From contig CBDDBZ010000039.1 of the NCBI GenBank assembly GCA_965225945.1, positions 160,001 through 224,000 on the forward strand: a DNA stretch of 64,000 bases, written 5' to 3'. Source of the DNA: Alphaproteobacteria bacterium. Lineage in GTDB: Bacteria > Pseudomonadota > Alphaproteobacteria > GCA-2731375. Shown piece after piece: positions 10,354 to 21,927 of this stretch. The stretch's first letter is position 1, and every line of letters begins with the position of its first letter. The translations under genes were made by a program, and so were the position numbers. The notes below the pieces were generated by a model, which was not told the origin of the DNA, searched no databases, and saw only the letters and a list, made by a program, of their open reading frames with translations.

Positions 10354-11053
10354 TGACGCGTGAACGGACGCCGGCGAGGCGTGGCGGCGAGACGGAACCG
10401 GCGGCGGACGAGGTCGTCGCCTTCCTGCGCCGAAACCCGAGTTTCCTCGAGGAGCATCCGGAGCTCCTGGAGATCTTGACGCCGCCGGCGCAACGGACCG
10501 GCGAAAACGTGCACGACATGCAAGCGTTCATGCTGCGCCGCCTGCGTGACGAGGTCGGCCGTCTCGGGACCCAGTTCGCCGAATTGATCGAGACCGGGCG
10601 GAGCAACATGACCGTGCAATCGCAAGTCCACGGCGCGGTGCTGGCGCTGCTGGAGGCGCGCAGCTTCGAGCATCTGATTTACCTGGCGACGGAAGAGTTG
10701 GCGCCGATCCTCGACGTCGACGTGATCACCATCTGCGTCGAGGTCACGGCGGACGAGACGCCGGCCCGGGTGCGCACGGCCGGCATTCACAAGCTGGAGT
10801 CGCATGGCGTCGATTCCCGGATCGGCCAGGGCCGCGACGTGCTGCTGGCGAACGACATACCGGGCGACCCGGACGTCTTCGGGCCCGCCGCCGGCATCGT
10901 TCGCAGCCAAGCCCTGGCGCGGCTCAGATGCGGCCGGCACGCGCCCTGCGGCCTCATCGCCTTCGGCGCCCGCGACAAGGGCAAGTTCGAGCCCCATCAG
11001 GGGGCGGAACTGCTGGTCTTCCTCGCCCGGGTGCTGGAGCGGCAGATCCAGGG

Positions 11054-11075
<22 letters not shown>
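10353..11075 (+). CDS. DUF484 family protein
   Basis: VVAFLRRNPSFLEEHPELL and QGAELLVFLARV; typical position upstream of xerC. Confidence 0.85.
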
Positions 11076-12004
<929 letters not shown>

Positions 12005-12035
12005 GCGGGGCGGTTAGGGCTTAAGTCTCTTGCTA

Positions 12036-12521
12036 TCAGCCGTCGATTTCGACTTCGGCCTCGACCTCCACCGGCGTGCCGAAGGGCAGTCCGGCGAGAC
12101 CGACGGCGGAGCGCGCGTGGCCGCCGACCTCGGCGCCGAAGAGCTCGATGATCAGATCGGAATAGCCGTTGATCACCAGGGGATAGCGGTTGAAGTCCGG
12201 GCCTGTGTTGACCATGCCGAAGACCCGGAGCCAGGCGCTGATCCGATCGAGATCGCCGATCGCGGCCTCGATGCTGGCGAGCGCGGCGAGCGCGGTGAGC
12301 CGCGCCGCCTGGTAGCCGGCCGCCTCGCTCACCTCGGCGCCGACCTTGCCGAGCGGTTCGGCGACCGAGCCGTCGAGGTCGAGCGCGATGTGGCCGGAGA
12401 CATAGACCCGCTTGCCCCGCACCCGAACCCAGGAGAACGGCAGCACCATCCCCGGCGGCACCCGGATGGGCGCCGGCAGTTGGAGCCCGAGTTCGTTCAA
12501 ACGATCCTTGATTTTGGACAT
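12036..12521 (-). CDS. RidA/YjgF family protein
   Basis: VYVSGH, VINGYSDL, GHARSAVG..LP, VEVEAEVE. Confidence 0.9.
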   Translation of the reverse strand: MSKIKDRLNELGLQLPAPIRVPPGMVLPFSWVRVRGKRVYVSGHIALDLDGSVAEPLGKVGAEVSEAAGYQAARLTALAALASIEAAIGDLDRISAWLRVFGMVNTGPDFNRYPLVINGYSDLIIELFGAEVGGHARSAVGLAGLPFGTPVEVEAEVEIDG

Positions 12522-12579
12522 GGCTGTCTCCCTCGTCCGCCCAAGAGCATTTCAAGCCGGGTGAAGCCCACCCACGCGC

Positions 12580-13104
12580 TCACGGCTTGCCGAAGGTGGC
12601 GATGCGGTCGATGGCGCAGACGAACAGCACCCGTTTCTCCTCGATCACGGGATCGCGTAAGCCATAGGGCGGCTCGTTGCCGGTATATTTTGTCCAGATC
12701 CGGTCGACTTGCTCGGTGACGTATTCGCCGCCTTCCTCCCCCTCGCGCAACTCCTTCTCCACCGTGCATTTGATCTGCACCCAGTGGTAAGGATTGTCCG
12801 GGTTGACGAGCAGGACCGTGAGCCGGGGGTTGTTTCGGATCCATTCGCACTTGGCCCGGTGCGAGGCCGTGTTGATCAGCACCTTGTCGTCCTCGTGGTC
12901 GAACCACATCGGCGTCAGGCGCGGCCGACCGTCCGGCCCGCTCAGTCCCAGCGTCATGGTGATTGGGCGGTCCAACAGCTGCTTGTAGATCGGGTCGAGA
13001 TCGGCGAGGCCGCTCGCTTGGCTGCGCTCGCCGACCGCGAACTGCCCCTCCTGAAGCCCGTTCGCCACATGCCTGAAATTGGCGATCGTGAAAGTCTCCG
13101 ACAT
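12580..13104 (-). CDS. Pyridoxamine 5'-phosphate oxidase family (PPOX-class, possibly F420-dependent) protein
   Basis: GPDGRPRLTPMWF, INTASHRAK..IRNNPRLTVLLV; ATG at 13104 after GGAGG. Confidence 0.8.
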   Translation of the reverse strand: MSETFTIANFRHVANGLQEGQFAVGERSQASGLADLDPIYKQLLDRPITMTLGLSGPDGRPRLTPMWFDHEDDKVLINTASHRAKCEWIRNNPRLTVLLVNPDNPYHWVQIKCTVEKELREGEEGGEYVTEQVDRIWTKYTGNEPPYGLRDPVIEEKRVLFVCAIDRIATFGKP

Positions 13105-13222
13105 CTGTTCCTCCCTTGGCTTGGCCCGACGGGCGCCCTCTCCGGCGACCCGCATGGCGAACTCGAGCTTACCGCTTTTGCGGCCGCTCCGCGCCTGCCG
13201 GCACAGAGCTACGATTCCTCTC

Positions 13223-14806
13223 CTATGGCACGACCGTTTCGTGTCTTCGCCGCCGTGGTGGACGGGCCTCGACCATGCCGCCTGGCCCGAGCCGCGTGTT
13301 GGCGAGGGTGCGATCGTCATGGTTCATGCGCCAGCTCAGCATTTTTTGCGCATATTCGAGCACCAGTCCGTGATGGGCGGGATCGTTGCTGAGATCGTGG
13401 AATTCGTGAGGATCACTCTCCAGATCGAAAAAGAGCGGTGGCAGGCCGGTAAAATGGACATATTTGTAGTGCCTGTCCCGGATCAGATTGGCGCTGCATT
13501 GATCGGGAGCGAGGCCCAACACCCGGCCGCCGTCAAGCCCTGGAAAATGGCGAAAATCGAACTCTGCATGAGCCTCCGTGCGCCAATCCTGGACCTCCTG
13601 GCCCCGGCAGAAGGGGAGCAGCGACTCGCCGTCACAGGCGACGGGGACCTCGAGGCCGAGCCACTCGAGGATCGTCGCCATGAGATCGATATTTTCGCTG
13701 AAGGCGTCGATCGTCGTGCCACGCCCTGGCTCGCTCGCCTCTCTCGGATCACGGATGATCAGCGGGATGAAGTAGGTCTGCTCATGGTAGCTGAACTTCG
13801 ACATCATCCAATGGTCGCCCAACTGCTCGCCGTGGTCGGAGGTAAAAACGATGAGGGTTCGCCCCCAAGCCCCGCTCTCTTTCAGCTGCGCGATCAATCT
13901 GCCGATTTGAGCGTCGATCTCCGTCATCATGGCGTAATAGGTCGCCCTGATCTGGCGGATCTCGCCGTCGTCGAGTTCGAGATAACCCTCGAGCGAGGCG
14001 CCATGCGTGTAGGGCGAGTCCAGTTGGTTCGAGAGATAAAACCGGGCCCAGGGATGCTGCATGGCCTCTTCCTCGGGCCTCGCTCGGCGAATCGGCAGCG
14101 CCATGCGGTCGGCATCGTAGAGAGCGTTATAGGGTTTCGGCACGATAAAGGGCGGATGTGGCGAGCGATAGGAGATGTGGACGAACCAGGGTGTCGTGTC
14201 GCGGGCCGAGATATAGGCCAGCGCCTCGTCGGTCAAAAAGGCCGAGCCGCTGTCTTCCGCCCGGTACCAGGTCGGCGCGAAGGTGCGCCCGCGCGCCGGA
14301 TCAATGCCCTCCCTGTCGGGCCGAAACAGCGCTCGCGGGTCGTCTTCGACCTCATAGCCCCGTTGTCGCAACGCTTCGACCCAGGGGCGGAAGTCGGCGT
14401 CCATGCGGACCACCGGCGTCATCCCCGGCAACAGCCCGGTTCGCGTTCTGAGTTCGGGATCGTCGGATTCGCGGCCTCGCGGGTCGGCGGCGATATCGGT
14501 ATAGCCGAAAAGGGCGGGATCGTAGCCGGCCTTGCGTGCCTCGCGCGCGATATTGGCATGGCGGTCGTCGAGCGGCGTGCCGTTCGTCACCGCGCGATGA
14601 TTATGCAGATAGAGCCCGGTGTAGAGGCTCGCGCGCGCCGGCCCGCACGATGTCGCCTGCGAATAGTGGCGGCGAAACAAGGTGCCTTCCCTCGCCAAAG
14701 CGTCCAGATGCGGCGTCTTCACGACCGGATGGCCGAGCGCGGAGAGGCATTCGCCCCGCCACTGATCCGCCGTGATGAAAAGCACGTTTTCCGTCGTCTT
14801 GCTCAT
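13223..14806 (-). CDS. Sulfatase / phosphonate monoester hydrolase family
   Basis: NVLFITADQWR, CGPARASLYTG (CxPxR FGly motif), PHPPF, FTSDHGEQLGDH. Confidence 0.9.
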   Translation of the reverse strand: MSKTTENVLFITADQWRGECLSALGHPVVKTPHLDALAREGTLFRRHYSQATSCGPARASLYTGLYLHNHRAVTNGTPLDDRHANIAREARKAGYDPALFGYTDIAADPRGRESDDPELRTRTGLLPGMTPVVRMDADFRPWVEALRQRGYEVEDDPRALFRPDREGIDPARGRTFAPTWYRAEDSGSAFLTDEALAYISARDTTPWFVHISYRSPHPPFIVPKPYNALYDADRMALPIRRARPEEEAMQHPWARFYLSNQLDSPYTHGASLEGYLELDDGEIRQIRATYYAMMTEIDAQIGRLIAQLKESGAWGRTLIVFTSDHGEQLGDHWMMSKFSYHEQTYFIPLIIRDPREASEPGRGTTIDAFSENIDLMATILEWLGLEVPVACDGESLLPFCRGQEVQDWRTEAHAEFDFRHFPGLDGGRVLGLAPDQCSANLIRDRHYKYVHFTGLPPLFFDLESDPHEFHDLSNDPAHHGLVLEYAQKMLSWRMNHDDRTLANTRLGPGGMVEARPPRRRRHETVVP

Positions 14807-14930
14807 GGCGACCCCGAATTTCCAAGATGGCTTGCCCAAGACGTATTGCAGATCGAGCAAAAATTCTAGCTACAGAGCAGATCCATGAACGTGATCTACG
14901 ATCTTCGATCGAAAGGCGGGTATCTCGGGA

Positions 14931-17594
14931 TCAGAAATCGAGCGAAATGTCGCGGTGGAAGGATTGGCAGACGGCCACTTCCTCCGCCTGCTCCTCCGTC
15001 AGCCGTTCCTGCTGCCTGACACCGATCGTATCGCGGATGGCGGCGTCGTATTCCGCCAGTCCGGGCGCCAGCTCCAGATTCGCCCGCGCCCGCCACGCCA
15101 CGTCGGCGGCGAACAGTTCCAGGGCCTTGGCGAGCTCGCCCGCCGCCTTTTCCCGGTCCGGCGAGTTGCCCTTGAGCGCGCGGCGTGCCCGCGAGAGCTT
15201 CGACCTGATTGGACTGGCGCCGGCCACCCGGCCGACCTCGGCGGCGCTCGCCTTGATCGTGTCCCTGGCCTGGTCGGGAGGATGATTGGCGATGACCCCC
15301 TCGAGGTCCTCGATCCGGCCTTCCAAGGCCGCTAGGGATTCCGCTTGCGAGATGACTTTGCGGAGCTCGACGATGGTCTCGTAGGCGTCGTCGACATTGC
15401 GCCGGTATGCGCGGCGCGCCTTCTTCTCGGCGTTCGCCAGCTCGACATAGCGCTTGCGGGCCCTCTCCCAGCCGGCCGGCGTCCTGGCCACCAACTCTTC
15501 CCTTTGCTTCGCGAGTTCGGCGGCCAGGCGGTCGATCTGTTCTCGGTCCTCGGCGGCGGCCGCGCCGTCGCCCTCGATGCGCCGGCGGTCCCGCTCCAGC
15601 TCCGCCAAATCGCGCTCGATCACCCCCATCACCACGCGCAGGTCGCGCATTTCGCGGTGCAGGGGGCGATAGGTTACGACATACTCGGCGAGCGCGGCTT
15701 CGGCGGCCTTGACCTCGGCCACCAAATCGAAGGTCTTCAGTGCCAATTCGAAAGCGTCCGCGAGCGAGCTCCGGTATTTGTCGGGCAGATATTCGATGTC
15801 GAGAGCCCGCGCCCGCTCGATGGCCGCGCGCAACGCGCCGCCGCGGACATCGTACTGCTGGAAGATGTGCTCTTCCAAACAGATTTGCAGCCTCGGATTT
15901 GACGGCGGCGGCGCGGTCTCCGACGTGAGATAGACCTTGTTCGGCAGATAGTTCACCAGGGACGGGAAAAAGCCGACGATGGCGAGGCCCATCAACTGAA
16001 GTAGGATGAAGGGCACCACGCCCTTGTAAATCTCGATGGTCCGCACGATCGGCGGCGCCACGCCGCGCAAGTAGAACAAGGCGAACCCGAACGGTGGCGT
16101 CAGAAACGAGGTTTGCATGTTGACGCCGATCATCACCCCGAGCCATACCGCGGTGACGTTGGCCGAGGGATCGGCGAGCAGGATCGGCGCGATGATCGGC
16201 ACCACGACGACCGCGATCTCGATGAAGTCGAGAAAGAAGCCGAGCAGGAAGATGACCACCATGACGACCACGAACTTGGTGGTGAAGCCGCCCGGCAACC
16301 CGGTCAGGAAGTCGCGCACCAGATCCTCGCCGCCGAAGGCGCGGAACGCGGCGGTCAGCATGGCGGCGCCAACCAGGATGATGAACACCAGGGACGTGGT
16401 CTTGGCGGTCTCGATCATCACGCCGTTCAGGGTCTTGTCGATTTTGAACACCCGCCAACCGCTCCAGATGACGCCGAGGCAAAAGGCGCCCGACGCGAGT
16501 GCCGCGAGGATCATGCCGATCCGGTCGTCGGGTGTCCGGATGTTCTTGACGTTGATGTCGTAGAGGTTGAGCACCGCGACGATGGCGACGAGCGAGACGA
16601 GGCTGACGACGGCGGGCGTGAAGGCGCCGCGCTTGCCTTCCATGAGCCGGTAACCGGCCAAGATCATGGCGCCGATGGCGCCCACGGCGCCGGCCTGGTT
16701 GACCGTCGCGATGCCCAGGATGATGGACCCGAGCACGATGAAGATCAGTCCCAGCGGTGGCACCAGAACGATGAAGAAGTGCTGGAAGAAGGCGACGTCG
16801 AACTCGCCTTCGTGCGGCGCCGGCGGCGCCAGCTTCGGTCGGATCCGGGCGATCACCAGGATATAGACGATGTACAGCCCGACCAGCACCAGTCCCGGCA
16901 GCAAGGCGCCGAGAAACATGTCGCCGGCGCTGGTCGAGGTCAGGTCATATTCGCTCGGCAGGCTCGACAGGCCGGTGCCCTGCTTATACTCGGCGGTGCG
17001 GATCGAGCTCGCCCGGTCGGTGGCGTTGGAAAGCTGATCGGCCAGGATGATGAGCACGATCGACGGCGGAATAATCTGCCCCAATGTTCCCGACGCGCCG
17101 ATGGTTCCGGTCGCCAAGGAGTGGGCGTATTCGGCCCGCAGCATGACCGGCAACGAGATCAGGCCCATGGCGATCACGGTCGCGCCGACGATCCCGGTCG
17201 TCGCCGCCAGAAGGGCGCCCACGACCACCACGGAAACGCCCAGTCCGCCAGGAATGGTGCCGAAGACCTGGGCCATGGTGACGAGCAGGTCCTCGGCGAT
17301 CTTCGAGCGCTCGAGCATGATGCCCATGAAGATGAACAGGGGAATCGCGATCAGGGTGTCGCGTTCGGCCTCCCAGTAGATGCCGCGGAAATTGGTGATG
17401 CCCGAGTTGAGCCATTGGATGGCGTCGCCCTGGTGGAAATAGGCGTCCGCGCGCCCTTCGAACAAATAGCCCGAGAGCGCCGCCAATCCGATCGTCACGA
17501 TCGCCGAGCCGGGAAGCGCGAAGGCCACCGGATACCCGCCGCCCAGTGCCAGGACCATCAGCAGGATGAGGATGACGAGGAACAGGATTTCCAT
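14931..17594 (-). CDS. TRAP transporter large permease DctM with long soluble C-terminal extension
   Basis: LIAIPLFIFMG, GTLGQIIPPS, QTSFLTPPFG, followed by about 320 aa of hydrophilic helical sequence. Confidence 0.9.
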   Translation of the reverse strand: MEILFLVILILLMVLALGGGYPVAFALPGSAIVTIGLAALSGYLFEGRADAYFHQGDAIQWLNSGITNFRGIYWEAERDTLIAIPLFIFMGIMLERSKIAEDLLVTMAQVFGTIPGGLGVSVVVVGALLAATTGIVGATVIAMGLISLPVMLRAEYAHSLATGTIGASGTLGQIIPPSIVLIILADQLSNATDRASSIRTAEYKQGTGLSSLPSEYDLTSTSAGDMFLGALLPGLVLVGLYIVYILVIARIRPKLAPPAPHEGEFDVAFFQHFFIVLVPPLGLIFIVLGSIILGIATVNQAGAVGAIGAMILAGYRLMEGKRGAFTPAVVSLVSLVAIVAVLNLYDINVKNIRTPDDRIGMILAALASGAFCLGVIWSGWRVFKIDKTLNGVMIETAKTTSLVFIILVGAAMLTAAFRAFGGEDLVRDFLTGLPGGFTTKFVVVMVVIFLLGFFLDFIEIAVVVVPIIAPILLADPSANVTAVWLGVMIGVNMQTSFLTPPFGFALFYLRGVAPPIVRTIEIYKGVVPFILLQLMGLAIVGFFPSLVNYLPNKVYLTSETAPPPSNPRLQICLEEHIFQQYDVRGGALRAAIERARALDIEYLPDKYRSSLADAFELALKTFDLVAEVKAAEAALAEYVVTYRPLHREMRDLRVVMGVIERDLAELERDRRRIEGDGAAAAEDREQIDRLAAELAKQREELVARTPAGWERARKRYVELANAEKKARRAYRRNVDDAYETIVELRKVISQAESLAALEGRIEDLEGVIANHPPDQARDTIKASAAEVGRVAGASPIRSKLSRARRALKGNSPDREKAAGELAKALELFAADVAWRARANLELAPGLAEYDAAIRDTIGVRQQERLTEEQAEEVAVCQSFHRDISLDF

Positions 17595-17614
17595 GGCGAC
17601 GTTCTCGTGTCGCT

Positions 17615-18691
17615 CTATACGTCGGCGGTTTCGGTCGTGTCGGGATCGTGACCGGCTTCACCCACCAGGACCGCCACGGCGCCGAGGAGATAGCTGGCGA
17701 ACTGGATCATCATGGTAACGGCGAAGACCAGAAGGAAGGCTGCCAGGAGGTACTTGACGTACATGCCGTAGCCGCTCTGCGTTACCTCGTAGCTGAGCAG
17801 GGGGCCGTTGATGACGTTGAACTTGCCCCACATGCCCTGGGTCAGGATCACCCAGCACAGCGGCATCCCCAACAGCAGCGAACCCACTGTATTGGTCCAC
17901 GCCTTGCCGCGTTCGGTGAATCCCGCGTAGAGGATGTCGACCCGCACGTGGCCTTCGTGAAGCAGGGTGTAGGGGCTGGCGAAGAGGAACAGGGCCCCGT
18001 ACCAGAAGCGCACCAAATCCCCCATGAACGCCTGTTCGTAGGAAAACACGAAGCGCGTGATCACGATCAGGATCTCGGCGACGACGATCAGCAGGGTGAG
18101 CCAGGTGAATCCCAGGGAGCGCGAGAACCAGGCGATGACGAAGGACACGACGACCAGCGGATAATGCACGGTCTCGCCGCGGTAGCGGGAGCGGCCGAGA
18201 TCGCCTGCCAGGTCCTTGCCGACGACCGAGGCCAGGAGCCCCTCCACCCGCAGGAAAGAGAGCACCGCATCGGCGACGCCGATCAGCAGCACGGCCCAAA
18301 ACGCCGCCCGGATGAGGTAGGCGGTCAGGTTCGAGAGCATCTCCGAATCGGCCCTGAGGGTGCGCCCCGGCGTCATCGCCACCCACGCGACGATCAGCCC
18401 GACGGGGACCGCGTAGAGGGCCACCTGGATCCAGCCCCGCGAGACGGTCGCGCCGTCCAGCGGCGATTGCAATGACTCGAAGCCGAACCATCCGAGGTGC
18501 GCGAACAAGCTCGGCAGGCCCGGCCAATCGAGCCAGAAGTTGAGGTAGTTGTTGACCAAGAACGCCGCCACCAGCACCGCCATGCAGACGGAAAACATCC
18601 GTGCCAGCCGAGCGATGGCGGTCCCCGCCGTTCCCGATGGCGTCCAGAGCGTGCCGGCGCCGCCCGCGGTCTCTTGCGCTGCAGAGGTCAT
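17615..18691 (-). CDS. TRAP transporter small permease DctQ (extended)
   Basis: HEGHVRVDILY motif; multiple TM segments. Confidence 0.85.
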   Translation of the reverse strand: MTSAAQETAGGAGTLWTPSGTAGTAIARLARMFSVCMAVLVAAFLVNNYLNFWLDWPGLPSLFAHLGWFGFESLQSPLDGATVSRGWIQVALYAVPVGLIVAWVAMTPGRTLRADSEMLSNLTAYLIRAAFWAVLLIGVADAVLSFLRVEGLLASVVGKDLAGDLGRSRYRGETVHYPLVVVSFVIAWFSRSLGFTWLTLLIVVAEILIVITRFVFSYEQAFMGDLVRFWYGALFLFASPYTLLHEGHVRVDILYAGFTERGKAWTNTVGSLLLGMPLCWVILTQGMWGKFNVINGPLLSYEVTQSGYGMYVKYLLAAFLLVFAVTMMIQFASYLLGAVAVLVGEAGHDPDTTETADV

Positions 18692-18820
18692 GGCCGTCGT
18701 GGCGTCGGGAAAACCGGGCGCCGGCCTCGTGCGGTCCCGGCACTAACAAGCGGCAAGCGGGGCCCCTCGAGGGCCGCGCTGCCACGTCGAAGCAAGGTGT
18801 TCCCGAGTCTAGATCATGCT

Positions 18821-19915
18821 CTAGACACCGAGAACCCGGTTGCGTTGGGCGACATAGGCCTGATCGGAAATCTTCGACCAACCGGCCAGATCGCTCCGCG
18901 CCGCACGGAAGCTGGCGTCGATCCGCTTCGCCAAATCGCTGTGAGCGCGCACGGTCTCGAAGACCGCCTCCGCGGCTTCGCCGAAGCTGTCGTAGGTGTC
19001 ATCGGTGAACTTGCGCAGCTTGACGCCTTGTTCGGAGATGAGCTTCTTCAGCGCGGTACCGCTCTTCATCATGTACTCGGCCATCATGGTGTCGTTTTCC
19101 CAGCCGGTCGCGGCTTCGATGATCAGCTGGTCGGTCTTGGACAGGCTGTCCCACCATTTCTTGTTCATGCCGAACGACAGCATCGTGCCCGGCTCGTGCA
19201 TGCCCGGATAATAGTAGTACTTGGCGGCCTCGTAGAACTTCATGAAGCTGTCGTTCCAGGGACCGACCCACTCGGTCGCGTCGATGGCGCCGGAGACCAG
19301 GTTCTCGTAGATCTGACTGCCCGGCAACGATACCGGCGAGGCGCCCAGCTTCGCCATCACGTCGCCGCCCAGGCCCGGGATGCGCATCTTCAGACCCTTC
19401 AGGTCGTCGGCCGAATTGATCTCCTTGTTGAACCAGCCGCCCATCTGAACGCCAGTGTTCCCGGCCATGACGCATTTCAGCCCGAACCCGGCCGCCAGTT
19501 CGTCCCACAGCTCCTGACCGCCACCGAACCGGATCCAGGCGTTCATCTCGGTGTAGGTCAGGCCGAAGGGCACGGACGCGAAGTAGGCCCAGCCCAGGTG
19601 CTTGCCCTTCCAGTAGTAATCCGCGGCGTGATAGGCCTGGGCCTTGCCCGACGCCACTTCGTCGAACGCGTCGAAGGCGCCGACCCGTTCCTTCGCGGCG
19701 AAGTATTCGACCTCGATCCGGCCCTCGGTCATGATGCCGATGCGCTCCGCCAAGCGTTGCGCGCCGGTGCCGAGGCCGGGGAAGTCCCGCGGCCACGAGG
19801 TGACGATGACCATTTTCTTCTTGCCCTGCGAGATGGCCGGCGCCGCGAGGGTGGTCGTCGCGGCAACAGCCGCGCCGCCGATGGCCGCATTCTTGAGAAA
19901 TTTACGACGTTTCAT
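18821..19915 (-). CDS. TRAT/TRAP substrate-binding protein DctP (TakP-like, Tat signal)
   Basis: KRRKFLK Tat motif, GNTGVQMGGWF, LKMRIPGLG, IDATEWVGP, YYYPGMHEP. Confidence 0.92.
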   Translation of the reverse strand: MKRRKFLKNAAIGGAAVAATTTLAAPAISQGKKKMVIVTSWPRDFPGLGTGAQRLAERIGIMTEGRIEVEYFAAKERVGAFDAFDEVASGKAQAYHAADYYWKGKHLGWAYFASVPFGLTYTEMNAWIRFGGGQELWDELAAGFGLKCVMAGNTGVQMGGWFNKEINSADDLKGLKMRIPGLGGDVMAKLGASPVSLPGSQIYENLVSGAIDATEWVGPWNDSFMKFYEAAKYYYYPGMHEPGTMLSFGMNKKWWDSLSKTDQLIIEAATGWENDTMMAEYMMKSGTALKKLISEQGVKLRKFTDDTYDSFGEAAEAVFETVRAHSDLAKRIDASFRAARSDLAGWSKISDQAYVAQRNRVLGV

Positions 19916-20047
19916 CAAAGTCTCCCTGTTGAAGGTGAAGCGACACCGAACACGCGATCCATCCCGAGACGAATCGGTCTAGGGGTCCGATCGATACCGG
20001 CCATCGTCGAGGCAACCCATTTCCAGACGGGCGCTTCGTAGTCGTCC

Positions 20048-20077
20048 AGTATAGGGACCGGTTCGCGGCCGGCGCAA
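20048..20077 (-). promoter_or_regulatory. Putative sigma70 promoter of the dctPQM operon
   Basis: TTGCGC-N18-TATACT on the minus strand, about 130 nt upstream of dctP. Confidence 0.35.
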
Positions 20078-20131
20078 GATCCGCGGTAGAGACGGACATT
20101 TGCCCACCCGCATGCCCCCGGCGAGGCGGGT

Positions 20132-21127
20132 TCAGTCCTCGTGCTCGCTTTTCAGTTTGCGCAACTCGTCGATCAGGGGCGGCAGGACTTCGCGGCAATC
20201 GCCGACGATGCCAAAGCGCGACGATCGGAAAATTTGCGCCCCGGGATCATTGTTGACGGCAACGACCGTCTTGGCGTTGCCGCATCCCGCCATGTGCTGG
20301 CTCGCCCCGGATATGCCGAGCGCGAAATAGAGTTCCGGCGCCACGGTGCGGCCCGACAGCCCGATCTGGTAGGACGGCGGACACCATTCCAGATCGCAGG
20401 CCACGCGGCTGGCGCCAACCGCGCCCTCCAGCACGTCGGCCAGTTCCCGGGCTTGCTCGAAGCCTTCGGGGCCATTGATCCCCCGGCCGCCGGCGACGAC
20501 GACCCCCGCCGTCTCCAGCCGAACGCCCGCCGTCGCCTCGAGCCTTTGCTCGATGATGCGGCTACGGCTTTCACCGACCGGCGTGGCGAGCTCGATCACC
20601 TCGCCGGAGCGGCAATCGTCGCGCTCGAGGGCAGCCTGGGACTTGGGCTTGACCGTGAGGATGGACGGCTCGGTCTTGAACGACACGACCTCGCGCGCGG
20701 CACCGCCGTAGCATGGCCGCGTCGCGCGCAAGCGGCCCTCCGAGACTTCGGCCGCAACACAGCCGGTCGCGACCGTCGTGCCCAATCGAAACGCGAGCCT
20801 GGGCGCGAGGTCGGCGCCCATCGAGTTGTGGCCGAGCAAAATTACCCAGGGCGGTGCCGCCGCCACGACAGTCTCCAGGTTCGGCAGCCATGCCTCGGCC
20901 AGATAGGGGGCGTAAGTCTCGCCGTCGACGACATGGACCCGGTCCGCGCCGAAGGCGATCAGATCGATGGCGGCGCCCCCCAGTTCCTGGCCGAGCAGCA
21001 CCGCGCTGACCTCGGCCCCCACGGCGTCCGCCAGGCGCCGCGCCAGTGCCAGCAGTTCACGCGACAGCTCCGTGGGGCTGGCGTCGGCCGCTTCGGCAAC
21101 CACGAGAATGCCACTCGGCGCGCTCAT
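20132..21127 (-). CDS. etfA: Electron transfer flavoprotein alpha subunit
   Basis: VVVAGGRG, GAVGASRVA, QIGLSG, YFALGISGASQHMAG. Confidence 0.93.
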   Translation of the reverse strand: MSAPSGILVVAEAADASPTELSRELLALARRLADAVGAEVSAVLLGQELGGAAIDLIAFGADRVHVVDGETYAPYLAEAWLPNLETVVAAAPPWVILLGHNSMGADLAPRLAFRLGTTVATGCVAAEVSEGRLRATRPCYGGAAREVVSFKTEPSILTVKPKSQAALERDDCRSGEVIELATPVGESRSRIIEQRLEATAGVRLETAGVVVAGGRGINGPEGFEQARELADVLEGAVGASRVACDLEWCPPSYQIGLSGRTVAPELYFALGISGASQHMAGCGNAKTVVAVNNDPGAQIFRSSRFGIVGDCREVLPPLIDELRKLKSEHED

Positions 21128-21927
21128 AGCACATTCGCCGCATAAAGCCGGCGGGCAAGGTTGCGCGCCATTTCCTCGGCGCTGGCGCCCTGGGCGAATT
21201 CGCAAACGATGTCCTTGGTCGGGATATAGAGGCGCTCGCGTGCCCGCCGCGCGCCCAAGGCACCGACCTCGGCCGCCGCCAAGCCCAAATCCGCCAGGCT
21301 CCAGACCGTGATCGGTTTTCGCGCGGCGCGCATGGTTTCGCGCAAGCTGGCTTTGCGCGGCGGGCCGATTTCGTGCGCAACCGTGACCAGGGCCGGCAAG
21401 GCTGCCTCGACGACTTCGTAGCCGTCCTCGAGCACGCGCTGGACCCGGACCGCGCCGCCCTCGACGGAAACCCCCCGGGCGAAGGTGATCGCGGTCAGGC
21501 CCAGCAATTCGGCGATGGTGCAACCGACCACCCCGGCGTCTAAATCGGCCGCCTGGCGGCCGGTGAAGACGAGATCGACGTCGCCCAGCTTGGCGATGGT
21601 TCGGGCGAGCGGAAGCGCGGTGGTGTAGCTGTCGCCATCCTGGAAGGCCGCGTCCGACAGCAGCACGGCATCGTCCGCGCCGAGCGACAAAGCGGCCTTG
21701 AGCGCCTGGCGGGCGGTCTCCTCGCCCAGGGTGATCACGGTGATCCTCGCCTCGCCCAGCGAGTCGCGAATCCGCAAGCCCGCTTCGATCGCCTGGATGT
21801 CGAAGGGGTTCATGACCGGCGACATGCGCGTGGCGACCGTCATCTTGTTGGTCGCCTCGTCCACCCGAAGCAGGGCGGTGGGCAATTCCGGGTCCTGAAT
21901 CTGCTTCACGCAGACGGCGATGTGCAT
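21124..21927 (-). CDS. etfB: Electron transfer flavoprotein beta subunit
   Basis: MHIAVCVKQI, MNPFD, GADDAVLL, FTGRQAAD; 4-nt overlap with etfA. Confidence 0.93.
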   Translation of the reverse strand: MHIAVCVKQIQDPELPTALLRVDEATNKMTVATRMSPVMNPFDIQAIEAGLRIRDSLGEARITVITLGEETARQALKAALSLGADDAVLLSDAAFQDGDSYTTALPLARTIAKLGDVDLVFTGRQAADLDAGVVGCTIAELLGLTAITFARGVSVEGGAVRVQRVLEDGYEVVEAALPALVTVAHEIGPPRKASLRETMRAARKPITVWSLADLGLAAAEVGALGARRARERLYIPTKDIVCEFAQGASAEEMARNLARRLYAANVL

